Of a DNA stretch of 34,957 nt, positions 19,696 through 28,901 are shown piece by piece; position 1 is the stretch's first letter; each line of letters starts with the position of its first letter. The translations under genes and the position numbers were made by a program. Where the stretch lies: the sequence record SRR16203515_7935, one strand, 5' to 3'. The notes under the pieces were generated by a model. The model did no database searches. It was given only the letters and a program-made list of their open reading frames with translations, and was not told the DNA's origin.

Positions 19696-20324
19696 AATAT
19701 GATAAACAAGTCACCCTGGCCATCACTGGCGCGTCTGGCGCACCTTATGCGCTTACCTTGCTCAACTCTTTAGTGAAAGCCGACTATCAGGTGTATGTAT
19801 TAATTTCTTCTGCGGCGAAAGTAGTTTTCGCGACAGAAGAGAATCTTAAGATCCCTGCCCGTCCCGAAGATGCTGCGGCTTTTTTTACCGAGCACTGCGG
19901 TGGTACGCCAGATCAAATTCGCGTATTCGGGAAAGAGGAATGGTTTTCTCCGGTGGCGTCAGGCTCAGCGGCTCCCGCTAAGATGGTGGTATGTCCATGC
20001 TCTACAGGTACCCTATCTTCCATTGCTGTGGGTGCTAGTGACAACTTAATCGAGCGCGCCGCGGATGTGGTGTTGAAAGAGCGCGGGCAACTGATTTTGG
20101 TGCCACGGGAAATGCCGCTATCCTCTATTCACTTAGAGAACATGCTAAAGTTATCTCAGATGGGAGCCACTATTATGCCCGCCGCACCTGGCTTTTATCA
20201 CAATCCGAAAACCATTGATGACCTGGTGGATTTTGTGGTTGCGCGTATCTTAGATCATTTAGGCATTGCACAATCGCTAGTGGCACGTTGGGGCTATCAA
20301 ACATCTAAACATGCTAAGGAATAA
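19692..20324 (+). CDS. ubiX: Flavin prenyltransferase
   Basis: Motifs [33 protein letters not shown] and PAAPGFY. Confidence 0.94.
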   Translation: MKYDKQVTLAITGASGAPYALTLLNSLVKADYQVYVLISSAAKVVFATEENLKIPARPEDAAAFFTEHCGGTPDQIRVFGKEEWFSPVASGSAAPAKMVVCPCSTGTLSSIAVGASDNLIERAADVVLKERGQLILVPREMPLSSIHLENMLKLSQMGATIMPAAPGFYHNPKTIDDLVDFVVARILDHLGIAQSLVARWGYQTSKHAKE

Positions 20325-20326
20325 CT

Positions 20327-21133
20327 ATGCCAGCGTTGAAGAGTAAGGTGCTTACGGTTGTGCTCGGTAGTCTGCTTACTGCCATAATGAGCGCGCCGGC
20401 ATTGGGCTGGGGCCAAACTGGCCATCGCGTCACTGGTGCCATTGCACAACAATATTTAAGCCCGCTATCACAAGCGGCATTAATGGAGTTGCTTCCTAAT
20501 AGCTCGTTGGCAGAAGCGTCTACCTATGCCGATGAAATGCTTTCCCACCCCAGTGAATTTTGGCAAAAGGCATCTAAGCCGTGGCACTATGTCACGGTTC
20601 CAAAAGGGAAAAGTTACCCTGAAATAGGTGCCCCCAATGAAGGCGACGCACTCAGTGCACTGAAACAATTTACGGAAACCTTGCGAAGTCCCTCCGCCAG
20701 TATTGATGAAAAACGACTAGCATTACACTTTGTCGTGCACCTGATAGGTGACTTACATCAACCATTACATGCGGGAAACGGTACTGATCTTGGGGGGAAC
20801 ACCACCAAAGTGCGCTTTTTCTGGCAAGACTCCAATTTACATCGTGTGTGGGACACACAAATGCTAAGCCAACGGCAACTGTCCTACACCGAGTGGACAA
20901 CAAGGCTAACCCGCAAAATCACCGCCGAGGATATCCGCAACTGGGCCAGCACAGATCCGCTTATTTGGGTGGAAGAAAGTATAAAAATACGTGACGAAAT
21001 TTACCCTGAAGATAGTAATAACATGGGCTATGACTATTTATATGATCACTTACCCACTGTCACTACTCGCCTCAAAATGGCGGGGATTCGCATGGCCATG
21101 TACTTAAACCAGGTCTTTGATCACCCGCAGTAA
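20327..21133 (+). CDS. S1/P1-family nuclease, secreted
   Basis: Signal peptide followed by WGQTGH (mature N-terminal Trp), ADEM, WHY, HLIGDLHQPLH and NLHRVWD. Confidence 0.88.
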   Translation: MPALKSKVLTVVLGSLLTAIMSAPALGWGQTGHRVTGAIAQQYLSPLSQAALMELLPNSSLAEASTYADEMLSHPSEFWQKASKPWHYVTVPKGKSYPEIGAPNEGDALSALKQFTETLRSPSASIDEKRLALHFVVHLIGDLHQPLHAGNGTDLGGNTTKVRFFWQDSNLHRVWDTQMLSQRQLSYTEWTTRLTRKITAEDIRNWASTDPLIWVEESIKIRDEIYPEDSNNMGYDYLYDHLPTVTTRLKMAGIRMAMYLNQVFDHPQ

Positions 21134-21153
21134 TCGATGGGAACGGGTGAATC

Positions 21154-21185
21154 AAAAAACCGAAGGTACAATACCTTCGGTTTTT
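21154..21185. terminator. Bidirectional intrinsic terminator between the nuclease gene and rraA
   Basis: AAAAAACCGAAGGTA-caa-TACCTTCGGTTTTTT, lying between convergent genes. Confidence 0.85.
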
Positions 21186-21211
21186 GTTTTAACGCCGGTT
21201 AATGCGCTCGC

Positions 21212-21697
21212 TTAATCTAAATCGAGTGGCTCTGGCGATAATATAACGCCAGTGCTGTCGGCATATAAATGATCTTCGGGTAAGAAAGTCACCCCACCGA
21301 AATTAACCGGCACATCCACATCGCCAATGCTTTCACTTTCGGCGTTTACTGGGATGGCTGCTACTGCCAACACGCCAATGTCCATGTCAGCCAGAGAATC
21401 TACTTCACGCACACTGCCATAGCACACTATGCCTTCCCAGTCGTTTTCAATGGCCATTTGTACTGACGAAGCATCAATAAGGGCACGTCGCGTTGAACCG
21501 CCGCCATCAATGAGCAATACTTTTCCTGAGCCAGGTTGCGCTAAGACGCGGTCTACCAACCCTCTATCTTCAAAGCACTTCACGGTGGTTATCTCACCAC
21601 CAAAGGAATATCGCCCACCATAACTTGCGAATATAGGGTCTACTACGTCAACGCTGTCTGCAAATAAATCGCATAATTCGGAAGTGTTGTAATCCAT
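21212..21697 (-). CDS. rraA: Regulator of ribonuclease activity A (RraA family)
   Basis: Motifs [33 protein letters not shown] and DHLYADSTG; 161 aa. Confidence 0.9.
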   Translation of the reverse strand: MDYNTSELCDLFADSVDVVDPIFASYGGRYSFGGEITTVKCFEDRGLVDRVLAQPGSGKVLLIDGGGSTRRALIDASSVQMAIENDWEGIVCYGSVREVDSLADMDIGVLAVAAIPVNAESESIGDVDVPVNFGGVTFLPEDHLYADSTGVILSPEPLDLD

Positions 21698-21975
21698 TGC
21701 TCTGCCTTACTTAAAATGAGGGAAGTAAATAATCCACTATGGTTAGCATAGCATTTATTTGTGTAGTGAAAATGTTTGATTTAGGTGGCATGGGAGAAAG
21801 TTATCTCAACACAGGCTAAACCTATCGACAAAGATGAAACACTAGCACCTTTTGAATAATGAGTATAAAAATTGCTTACCTCACTCTGGGTATTTAATTT
21901 TGCCCCATATATCAGCACTGTCAGGACAGCGAGTGTAATAACGCAGGACGAGTCTTGCGCATCTGGCTTTACGAT

Positions 21976-22103
21976 AAAAGTGGGTGTCTCAAGCTATTAG
22001 CGTAATCACCTATAAGCCTATATGTGGCGGCGGGTTGTTTACTATGGGTGTCTTGAAAATAGGTGGGTGTCCAGTGTGGTATGGGCGAAAAGGTGGGTGT
22101 CCA
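21976..22103. repeat. Motif cluster 3 (four co-oriented TGGGTGTC copies)
   Basis: TGGGTGTC at 21981, 22045, 22064 and 22094; AGGTGGGTGTCCA occurs twice, 30 bp apart. Confidence 0.85.
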
Positions 22104-22138
22104 AAAGTGACGCTATTGGCGCGCACCTAGTGGCGGGT

Positions 22139-22194
22139 ATGTCACAAAGGTTTCTTTTTTCTGTCACTGATTGGTCACAGTACCTTTCTAGCCT
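22139..22194 (+). promoter_or_regulatory. Pho-box-like (PhoB/OmpR-family) direct repeats with a -10-like hexamer
   Basis: ATGTCAC at 22139, CTGTCAC at 22161 and TGGTCAC at 22172 (spacings of 22 and 11 bp); TAGCCT starts 10 bp after the last half-site. Confidence 0.55.
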
Positions 22195-22228
22195 GTGCAC
22201 TAAATCATCGCAATGGGGACCAAGGCGG

Positions 22229-22747
22229 GTGAATTTAAAATCTCTTAATAAGTACGATACAACTCTGTTTTATCGGCTCTACCGTCTTACAGTGAAAAGA
22301 GACTGTCGTAGTATTATATGGCTGTCTAAAACCGGTGACGGCTATCTATACTTTGTCATCGGTATACTACTGTGGGCCTTTGAACCCCAACATGGTGAAT
22401 TGTTTCTGTATACCGCACTGATGGCCTATGGGTTAGAGTTACCTGTGTATGTATTACTTAAAAAAATGTTTAAGCGGCCACGCCCTTGCGATTTTTTGTT
22501 AAATTTAACCGCCCATGTCACCCCATCAGACAAATTCTCCTTGCCCTCAGGGCATACCGCCGCAGCCTGGTTAATGGCAGGCATTATTGCGCACTACTAC
22601 CCCCCATTTTCAGTTATCGCCTATAGCTGGGCTGGCCTCATTGGTCTTTCGCGCATATTGCTAGGCGTACACTACCCCACCGATGTGCTTACCGGCGCGG
22701 CACTGGGTTTGATTATTGCCTCATTGAGCATTACGATCTTGGGCTGA
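22229..22747 (+). CDS. PAP2-family membrane phosphatase
   Basis: Motifs KKMFKRPRP, PSGH and SRILLGVHYPTD. Start reassigned to GTG 22229, because the longer ORF-track N-terminus runs through the repeat cluster and promoter. Confidence 0.88.
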   Translation: MNLKSLNKYDTTLFYRLYRLTVKRDCRSIIWLSKTGDGYLYFVIGILLWAFEPQHGELFLYTALMAYGLELPVYVLLKKMFKRPRPCDFLLNLTAHVTPSDKFSLPSGHTAAAWLMAGIIAHYYPPFSVIAYSWAGLIGLSRILLGVHYPTDVLTGAALGLIIASLSITILG

Positions 22748-22748
22748 T

Positions 22749-23816
22749 ATGAAAATACTATACGGTGTGCAAGGCACGGGTAATGGACATATCGCTCGGG
22801 CAAGAATAATGGCAGCGGCGTTACAAAACCGCCCTGATATTGATGTCGATTTTATTTTTACCGGTAGAGCGGCAGAAAATTACTTCGATATGGAGGTATT
22901 TGGTAACTATCGCACGCTAACAGGGCTAAGTTTCATCACCCAAAATGGTCAGGTCGACCGCTGGGCCACCCTTCGTCAGGCAAAAATTAAACAGTTATAT
23001 CGTGACATTAAACAACTGGACACCCACCAGTATGACCTGCTGATTAACGACTTCGAGCCTGTCACTGCGTGGGCAGCAAAACAGCAAAACACACCTTCTA
23101 TCTCTATTAGCCATCAGGCGGCCTTTGCCTATAAGGTGCCAAAAGTGGGCGATAGTCTGACAGACAAACTGTTGATGAAAGGCTTCGCCCCTACAAATTA
23201 TCAACTCGGGGTGCACTGGTATCATTTTAATCAACCTATCATTCCCCCGTTTATTGCCGAAAAGCCTTCGCTGCTACCCTACTCTGGGGCCATCTTGGTA
23301 TATCTTCCCTTTGAAGAGTTAAGCAATATTCAACAAATGTTAGAGCCAATAAGCGATCATCGCTTTCAATGCTTTCACCCTCATATTCAGGCCCCTGAAG
23401 AGCACGGTCATATTCACTGGCACCCCACCTCTAAACTGCACTTTCAACAAGCCTTACAACAGTGTAACGGCGTTATTGCTAATGGCGGCTTTGAGCTTTC
23501 AAGCGAAGCCTTACAGCTTGGAAAAAAACTGCTTATCAAACCTCTGCATGGTCAATTTGAGCAACTGTCGAACGTACTGACACTTAGTAAACTCAATCTT
23601 TGTCACACACTTTTTCAGCTCGATACGGATGTCACTGAAGAGTGGCTAGACTCACCAGAGAATGAGGCTATCGGCTTCCCTGATGACCCTACATTATTGA
23701 TAGATTGGCTTAAAAAAGGCAGCTGGCACGATAGCCAAGAATTGTGTGATGCATTGTGGGCGAACGTACGTTACTCACAGAAAACCCAAGAACGCTTATT
23801 GTCTCTTGCATTTTAA
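22749..23816 (+). CDS. Glycosyltransferase, MJ1255/VC2487-like family
   Basis: Motifs MKILYGVQGTGNGHIARAR, INDFEPVTAWAA, NGGFELSSEAL and KPLHGQFEQLSN. Confidence 0.82.
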   Translation: MKILYGVQGTGNGHIARARIMAAALQNRPDIDVDFIFTGRAAENYFDMEVFGNYRTLTGLSFITQNGQVDRWATLRQAKIKQLYRDIKQLDTHQYDLLINDFEPVTAWAAKQQNTPSISISHQAAFAYKVPKVGDSLTDKLLMKGFAPTNYQLGVHWYHFNQPIIPPFIAEKPSLLPYSGAILVYLPFEELSNIQQMLEPISDHRFQCFHPHIQAPEEHGHIHWHPTSKLHFQQALQQCNGVIANGGFELSSEALQLGKKLLIKPLHGQFEQLSNVLTLSKLNLCHTLFQLDTDVTEEWLDSPENEAIGFPDDPTLLIDWLKKGSWHDSQELCDALWANVRYSQKTQERLLSLAF

Positions 23817-23867
23817 GCCCGCAATGCGATGATAGCGGCATTTGTTCTAGCTTTCGCGGGATTCTTC

Positions 23868-24044
23868 GTGCTTAAAAAGTGTGTTGTACTTACAGTTATC
23901 GCCATGGCATTGACAGGCTGTGGCTACAAAGGTGCGCTCTATATACCAGATGCGCCCAGCCAAAATACACCTCTTGATACGTCGGATGAGGCAGTGCCTG
24001 AAAATTCAACGCCCCCCGCCGCTACATTAGGAGATGCTAACTAG
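23868..24044 (+). CDS. Small lipoprotein (YifL/LppL/LptM-like)
   Basis: Lipobox and motif LTGCGYKGALYIP; conserved position upstream of lysA-dapF. The stop overlaps the lysA GTG. Confidence 0.8.
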   Translation: MLKKCVVLTVIAMALTGCGYKGALYIPDAPSQNTPLDTSDEAVPENSTPPAATLGDAN

Positions 24045-25294
24045 TGGATTTTTTTGCTTATAAAGACGGTCAATTGTTTGCCGAAGATGTTTCTGTGGCT
24101 ACTCTTGCGCAACAACATGGGACACCCCTTTATGTCTATTCTCGGGCCACATTAGAACGTCACTGGCACGCCTTCAATGATGCTATTGGCGAACATCCTC
24201 ACCTCATTTGTTACGCCGTAAAAGCCAACTCTAACTTAGGCGTGCTAAGCGCTCTGGCAAAATTGGGCTCAGGCTTTGACATAGTGTCTGGCGGTGAACT
24301 TGCTCGGGTTATCGAAGCTGGCGGTGATGCCAGCAAAGTGGTGTTCTCAGGCGTAGGTAAAAAGTCGGATGAAATTCGTTATGCCTTAGAGCAAGGCATT
24401 ATGTGCTTCAATGTTAAATCGGAACCTGAACTACACCGAATTAATGCGGTGGCGGAACGTTTGGGTAAACAAGCGCCGATATCGCTTCGTATCAACCCAG
24501 ACGTTGATGCGAAAACCCACCCCTATATTTCTACAGGTCTTAAAGCGAACAAATTTGGCATTGCCCGTGAACGCGCACTGCAAACTTATGAACTAGCCGC
24601 CTCCCTCCCCCATTTAAATGTGGTCGGGATGGACTGTCATATTGGCTCACAACTCACCGAAATTGGCCCTTTTGTGGATGCCCTTGAGCGTTTGCTAGTG
24701 CTTATTGACGAACTTGCGGAGCGCGGTATTGTTATCGAGCACCTCGATGTAGGTGGCGGCCTCGGCGTAACGTATGACAACGAACAACCGCCTCACCCGA
24801 AAGCCTATGCGGCGGCTATGGCAGAAAAGATGGAAGGGCGTAAAAACCTCAAGCTTATTCTTGAGCCGGGCCGCGCCATTGCCGCGAATGCGGGCATTAT
24901 GGTTACCGAGGTAGAATTTATTAAGCAAGGCGAAGAAAAGAGTTTCGCTATTGTTGATGCAGCAATGAATGATTTACTTCGCCCAGCGCTTTATTCCGCG
25001 TGGCAGAATATTATTCCGGTTGTGCAAGGCTCTAACGCCACACCCCATACTTATGATGTGGTGGGACCTGTGTGTGAAACCGGCGATTTCATCGGCAAAG
25101 ACAGAGAATTAGCCATTAGTGCTGGCGATTTACTGGCGGTGCGAAGCGCGGGCGCCTACGGCTTTACCATGGCCTCAAACTACAACAGTCGTTGTCGTCC
25201 CGCCGAAATTATGGTGGATGGTGATGAAGCAATTGTGGTGCGCGAACGAGAAATTCTAAAAGATCTCTGGAAAGGTGAGCACAAACTTACGTAA
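24044..25294 (+). CDS. lysA: Diaminopimelate decarboxylase
   Basis: Motifs YAVKANS (PLP Lys), [21 protein letters not shown] and SNYN. Confidence 0.97.
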   Translation: MDFFAYKDGQLFAEDVSVATLAQQHGTPLYVYSRATLERHWHAFNDAIGEHPHLICYAVKANSNLGVLSALAKLGSGFDIVSGGELARVIEAGGDASKVVFSGVGKKSDEIRYALEQGIMCFNVKSEPELHRINAVAERLGKQAPISLRINPDVDAKTHPYISTGLKANKFGIARERALQTYELAASLPHLNVVGMDCHIGSQLTEIGPFVDALERLLVLIDELAERGIVIEHLDVGGGLGVTYDNEQPPHPKAYAAAMAEKMEGRKNLKLILEPGRAIAANAGIMVTEVEFIKQGEEKSFAIVDAAMNDLLRPALYSAWQNIIPVVQGSNATPHTYDVVGPVCETGDFIGKDRELAISAGDLLAVRSAGAYGFTMASNYNSRCRPAEIMVDGDEAIVVREREILKDLWKGEHKLT

Positions 25295-25328
25295 ACTAGG
25301 GAAAATACAAAATAAAGATGCGCAGTTA

Positions 25329-26159
25329 ATGCAGGTTCAGTTTTCAAAAATGCACGGTCTGGGTAATGACTTCATGGTGATCGATAACGTCACCCAGAAC
25401 GTCTTTTTCTCTAAAGACAAAATTCAGCAGTTGGCCAATCGCAATTTCGGTATTGGCTTCGACCAGTTGCTTATGGTTGAGCCACCTTACGATCCGGAAC
25501 AGGATTTTCATTACCGCATCTTTAATGCCGACGGCTCAGAAGTAGAGCAGTGTGGTAACGGCGCTCGGTGCTTTGCCCGTTTTGTGAAACAGAAAGGGTT
25601 AATTAATCGCAACAAGATTGTGGTAAGTACCAAAGCAGGCAAAATGGTGTTGTACCTAGAAAAAGATGGTCAAGTTACCGTCAACATGGGTAAACCTGAG
25701 TTTGCACCGGCAGAGATCCCGTTAAAGGCCAACAAGCAAGAAAACACCTATATCCTGCGCGTGGACGAGCAAACCTTGTTTGTCGGCTCAGTATCTATGG
25801 GTAATCCCCATTGTGTGATTGAAGTAGACGATGTAGATACCGCTGCCGTATTAGATATTGGCCCACAAGTAGAGCGACACGAACGCTTTCCTGAAGGCGT
25901 CAATGTTGGCTTTATGCAAATCATCAACGATTCGCATATTCGGCTACGGGTCTTTGAACGCGGCTCGGGAGAAACACTTGCCTGTGGCAGTGGTGCGTGC
26001 GCCGCGGTTGCAATCGGTCAAATTCAAGGTAAATTAAGCAAGGATGTCCGGGTTGACTTACCCGGTGGCAGTTTAAGGATCCGCTGGCCGGGCCCTGACA
26101 GCGTATTGAAAATGACTGGGCCTGCTGAGCATGTCTACGATGGACAAATAAACTTATGA
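25329..26159 (+). CDS. dapF: Diaminopimelate epimerase
   Basis: Motifs [24 protein letters not shown] and [13 protein letters not shown]; start ATG 25329. Confidence 0.97.
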   Translation: MQVQFSKMHGLGNDFMVIDNVTQNVFFSKDKIQQLANRNFGIGFDQLLMVEPPYDPEQDFHYRIFNADGSEVEQCGNGARCFARFVKQKGLINRNKIVVSTKAGKMVLYLEKDGQVTVNMGKPEFAPAEIPLKANKQENTYILRVDEQTLFVGSVSMGNPHCVIEVDDVDTAAVLDIGPQVERHERFPEGVNVGFMQIINDSHIRLRVFERGSGETLACGSGACAAVAIGQIQGKLSKDVRVDLPGGSLRIRWPGPDSVLKMTGPAEHVYDGQINL

Positions 26160-26851
26160 GTGAAATTTCAGGGCAATCTAGCGCTTCTGCCGTAGTAGAG
26201 GTATTTTCTGGTGACAATGATTTGTCGCCTGCGGATGTATATGCGTATTTAGTTAAGCACCCTGAATTTTTCGCACAACACCCCGAACTCGCCGATAAAA
26301 TTAAAATACCCCATGAGCAAAAGGGCAGCGTATCACTGGTTGAAATTCAAAGTGAGCAGCTGCGCAAGAAGGTGCGCCACCTCAATTATAAGCTCTCTCA
26401 GCTGGTGAGTATTGCCAAGCAAAATGAGAAAATTTATCGGGTGTATACCGATTTAAATGTGCAACTGCTACGCTGTAAAAGCGTTGCCGAAGTACAATTT
26501 ACGCTAGAAGACGTGCTACAAGAACGATTGCAGTTATCTTCTGCGGTGATCAAAAGCTTCAAAGGCCCCCACGCGATTCCCGAATTGCAGCGTCGTCTTT
26601 TTACCGAAAAGCGTTTTAAGAATTCATCTTTCTTTTTCGGCCGATTATCCCAGCACGAACGCCAGTTGTTGTTTGCGGAAAATGACGCTGAATCAGTGGC
26701 ATTGATGCTACTGGGCGACAACCAAGAGCTCGGTATTTTAGGTATTAGTAGCAGCGATGCCACTCACTTTACACCAGATATGGACACCTTGCTTTTAATG
26801 CAGTTACAACAGGTGCTGAACATTATTTTACCTGAGATGATGGGGTATTAG
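26156..26851 (+). CDS. DUF484-family protein (YigA-like)
   Basis: Motifs [15 protein letters not shown] and HFTPDMDTL; conserved position between dapF and xerC. Confidence 0.85.
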   Translation: MSEISGQSSASAVVEVFSGDNDLSPADVYAYLVKHPEFFAQHPELADKIKIPHEQKGSVSLVEIQSEQLRKKVRHLNYKLSQLVSIAKQNEKIYRVYTDLNVQLLRCKSVAEVQFTLEDVLQERLQLSSAVIKSFKGPHAIPELQRRLFTEKRFKNSSFFFGRLSQHERQLLFAENDAESVALMLLGDNQELGILGISSSDATHFTPDMDTLLLMQLQQVLNIILPEMMGY

Positions 26852-26856
26852 GCTTA

Positions 26857-27762
26857 GTGGCAACGAAGCCGGTACTCAGTGATGCCTGCCAACATTGGCT
26901 GGATAAGTTCTTACTGCATTTACAGGTCGAACGTGGCCTTTCTCAACATACTCTAAGTAATTATCGACGCCAGTTGGTCGATATCGCCCATACCTTAGCA
27001 CTTGATGAATGGTCGGGGATCACCCCCGCCGATGTAAAGCGGGTAATGGCGGCGGCAAAAATGGCGGGGCATAAACCCCGTAGTATCGCACTTCGCTTAT
27101 CGGCATTACGCACCTTCAGCCTGTATCTTATTGAGCAGAAGCAACTTTTCAGCAACCCGGTAGAGGGCATTTCGGCTCCTAAACAAGGTAAACCCTTGCC
27201 AAAGCAGTTAAGTGTGGATGAAATGCAGCAACTGTTAAATGGTGAAACCGATGAAGGTATTATATGCCGCGACACAGCGATGTTCGAGCTACTGTACGGC
27301 TGCGGATTGCGGTTAAGTGAACTTACTGGGTTAAATTTGAGTGACTATCAGCGAGACGGTACGCTACGGGTAACAGGTAAAGGCAGTAAGCAACGTCAGT
27401 TGCCCCTTGGCCGACAAGCACAAAAGGCACTTAACGCGTGGCTTAAAGTAAGGCCTGCTTACACCACCCCTTATGAGACCGCTATCTTTGTCAGTAAGCG
27501 CAAGACCCGCATTTCCAATCGACAAGTGGCAAATCGATTAAACCAAATGGCCGAGCAACAAAGCCTCAGTCAAAAAGTGAGTCCACACAAACTGCGCCAT
27601 TCCTTTGCTACTCACGTATTAGAGTCAAGCGGTGACTTACGTGCGGTTCAAGAGCTGTTAGGCCATGCAAACTTATCGACCACGCAAGTGTATACCCACT
27701 TAGACTTTCAGCATCTTGCAAAAGTGTACGACGCCGCACATCCTCGCGCACACAAAAAATAA
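26857..27762 (+). CDS. xerC: Tyrosine recombinase XerC
   Basis: Motifs YGCGLRLSE, GKGSKQR, HKLRHSFATH and LLGHANLSTTQVYTHLDFQHLA; dapF-yigA-xerC synteny. Confidence 0.95.
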   Translation: MATKPVLSDACQHWLDKFLLHLQVERGLSQHTLSNYRRQLVDIAHTLALDEWSGITPADVKRVMAAAKMAGHKPRSIALRLSALRTFSLYLIEQKQLFSNPVEGISAPKQGKPLPKQLSVDEMQQLLNGETDEGIICRDTAMFELLYGCGLRLSELTGLNLSDYQRDGTLRVTGKGSKQRQLPLGRQAQKALNAWLKVRPAYTTPYETAIFVSKRKTRISNRQVANRLNQMAEQQSLSQKVSPHKLRHSFATHVLESSGDLRAVQELLGHANLSTTQVYTHLDFQHLAKVYDAAHPRAHKK

Positions 27763-27779
27763 CAAGGCTAAGCTTACCT

Positions 27780-28535
27780 ATGCAGTTTTTTCGCCCTCTT
27801 TCTGCCGTCAAAGCCATCACATTTGACTTAGATGACACCCTTTACGATAACGAACCTATTATTCGCCGCGCCGAAACAGCATTGCGCCAACATATAAGCG
27901 ATAGCTACCCTAAAGCGGCGACCCTCAGCCCTAAACAATGGCATCAACTGAAAACCACGAGTATTTCAAACAACCCTAACCTGGCTTCAGATATGGGGGA
28001 GCTACGGCGCACCATACTTCGCATGGCGTTAGCCACCGATTTCGAAATCACTAGTAGTGAAAACAACGCGCAAAATACCGCCTTAGAAACAGCGGTAAGC
28101 GCGTGTTTCGATTGTTTTTATGATGCCAGAAGTGATTTTACACTGGCCGAAGATGTGCACCAGACATTGGCTTTATTGTCACAACATATGCCCTTAGTCG
28201 CTATTACCAATGGCAACGTCAATGCCAAGAAAGTGGGCATAGATAAATATTTTAAGCGTATTTACCATGCCAGTGTCACCCAGCCTATGAAACCCGCAAG
28301 GGCCATGTTTGATGAGGCTGCCCAAGCCCTTAGCCTGCCACCTGAGAATATTTTGCACGTAGGCGATAACTTACAAAAAGATATCTATGCTGCCATAAAT
28401 GCCGGCTTTCAATCGGCCTGGTTTGCCTGTAATAGGCCAATGCAACTCAGCGCAGAACCGGTTTCTGTCTTGCCCCACCTTGTGCTTGATAACCTAGCAG
28501 AACTCACCGTTTTTGCCCAATCCCCCAGCCGTTAA
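27780..28535 (+). CDS. HAD-family hydrolase (YigB-like)
   Basis: Motifs FDLDDTLYD, ITNGN, KP and HVGD; located downstream of xerC. Confidence 0.87.
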   Translation: MQFFRPLSAVKAITFDLDDTLYDNEPIIRRAETALRQHISDSYPKAATLSPKQWHQLKTTSISNNPNLASDMGELRRTILRMALATDFEITSSENNAQNTALETAVSACFDCFYDARSDFTLAEDVHQTLALLSQHMPLVAITNGNVNAKKVGIDKYFKRIYHASVTQPMKPARAMFDEAAQALSLPPENILHVGDNLQKDIYAAINAGFQSAWFACNRPMQLSAEPVSVLPHLVLDNLAELTVFAQSPSR

Positions 28536-28564
28536 CTAACCACTTAGTCTTTACCAGATAGTAG

Positions 28565-28895
28565 TGACCAGACACCTGACCAGACCAGACACCCACCTTT
28601 TCACGCTAATTAAGTGGGTGTCCGCGTTCTTATTCTCAGCTTTCGGACACCCATAGTTTAGTTACCATCACATGGGTGTCCGAATGTGAATTGTCCGAAT
28701 GGAGTTGATTCTGAATAAGGGCCTAAACGTGGTCGTTGACTCTGAATAAGGGCCTAAAGGTGGTCGAGAAAGTGCGTGTCCTGTATGAGTCCAGTGTGAA
28801 ACCAGACAAAAGAGCGCTAGCGAAAAATGGTATTGGACACCCACAATTAGGACTTTCGTTTTGTGGGTGTCTATGTCGAAATACGTGGGTGTCTT
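28565..28895. repeat. Motif cluster 4: three inverted GACACCCA...TGGGTGTC pairs plus a 31-bp tandem duplication
   Basis: Pairs at 28588/28614, 28646/28672 and 28836/28863; single copies at 28773 and 28885; 31-bp units at 28704-28734 and 28735-28765. Confidence 0.9.
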
Positions 28896-28901
28896 AGAGG
28901 C

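Noticed and set aside
21698-21975. Unexplained 280 bp between rraA and motif cluster 3 as possible captured DNA or sRNA
   Set aside because: No recognisable reading frame, repeat or terminator was found; a database search would be needed to say more.
22022-22228. 69-aa N-terminal extension of the PAP2 ORF
   Set aside because: It runs through the repeat cluster and the Pho-box-like promoter; GTG 22229 gives a normal-sized PAP2 protein.
7134-23030. Isolated GACACCCA/TGGGTGTC matches inside coding regions (about 7134, 19429, 19542, 23019)
   Set aside because: These are single copies in intact reading frames with no array structure. They are compatible with chance, although slightly more frequent than a naive expectation.
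26857-27762. Tyrosine recombinase as a prophage or island integrase
   Set aside because: The sequence (HLDFQHLA tail) and dapF-yigA-xerC-yigB synteny identify housekeeping XerC; there are no att sites or phage genes.
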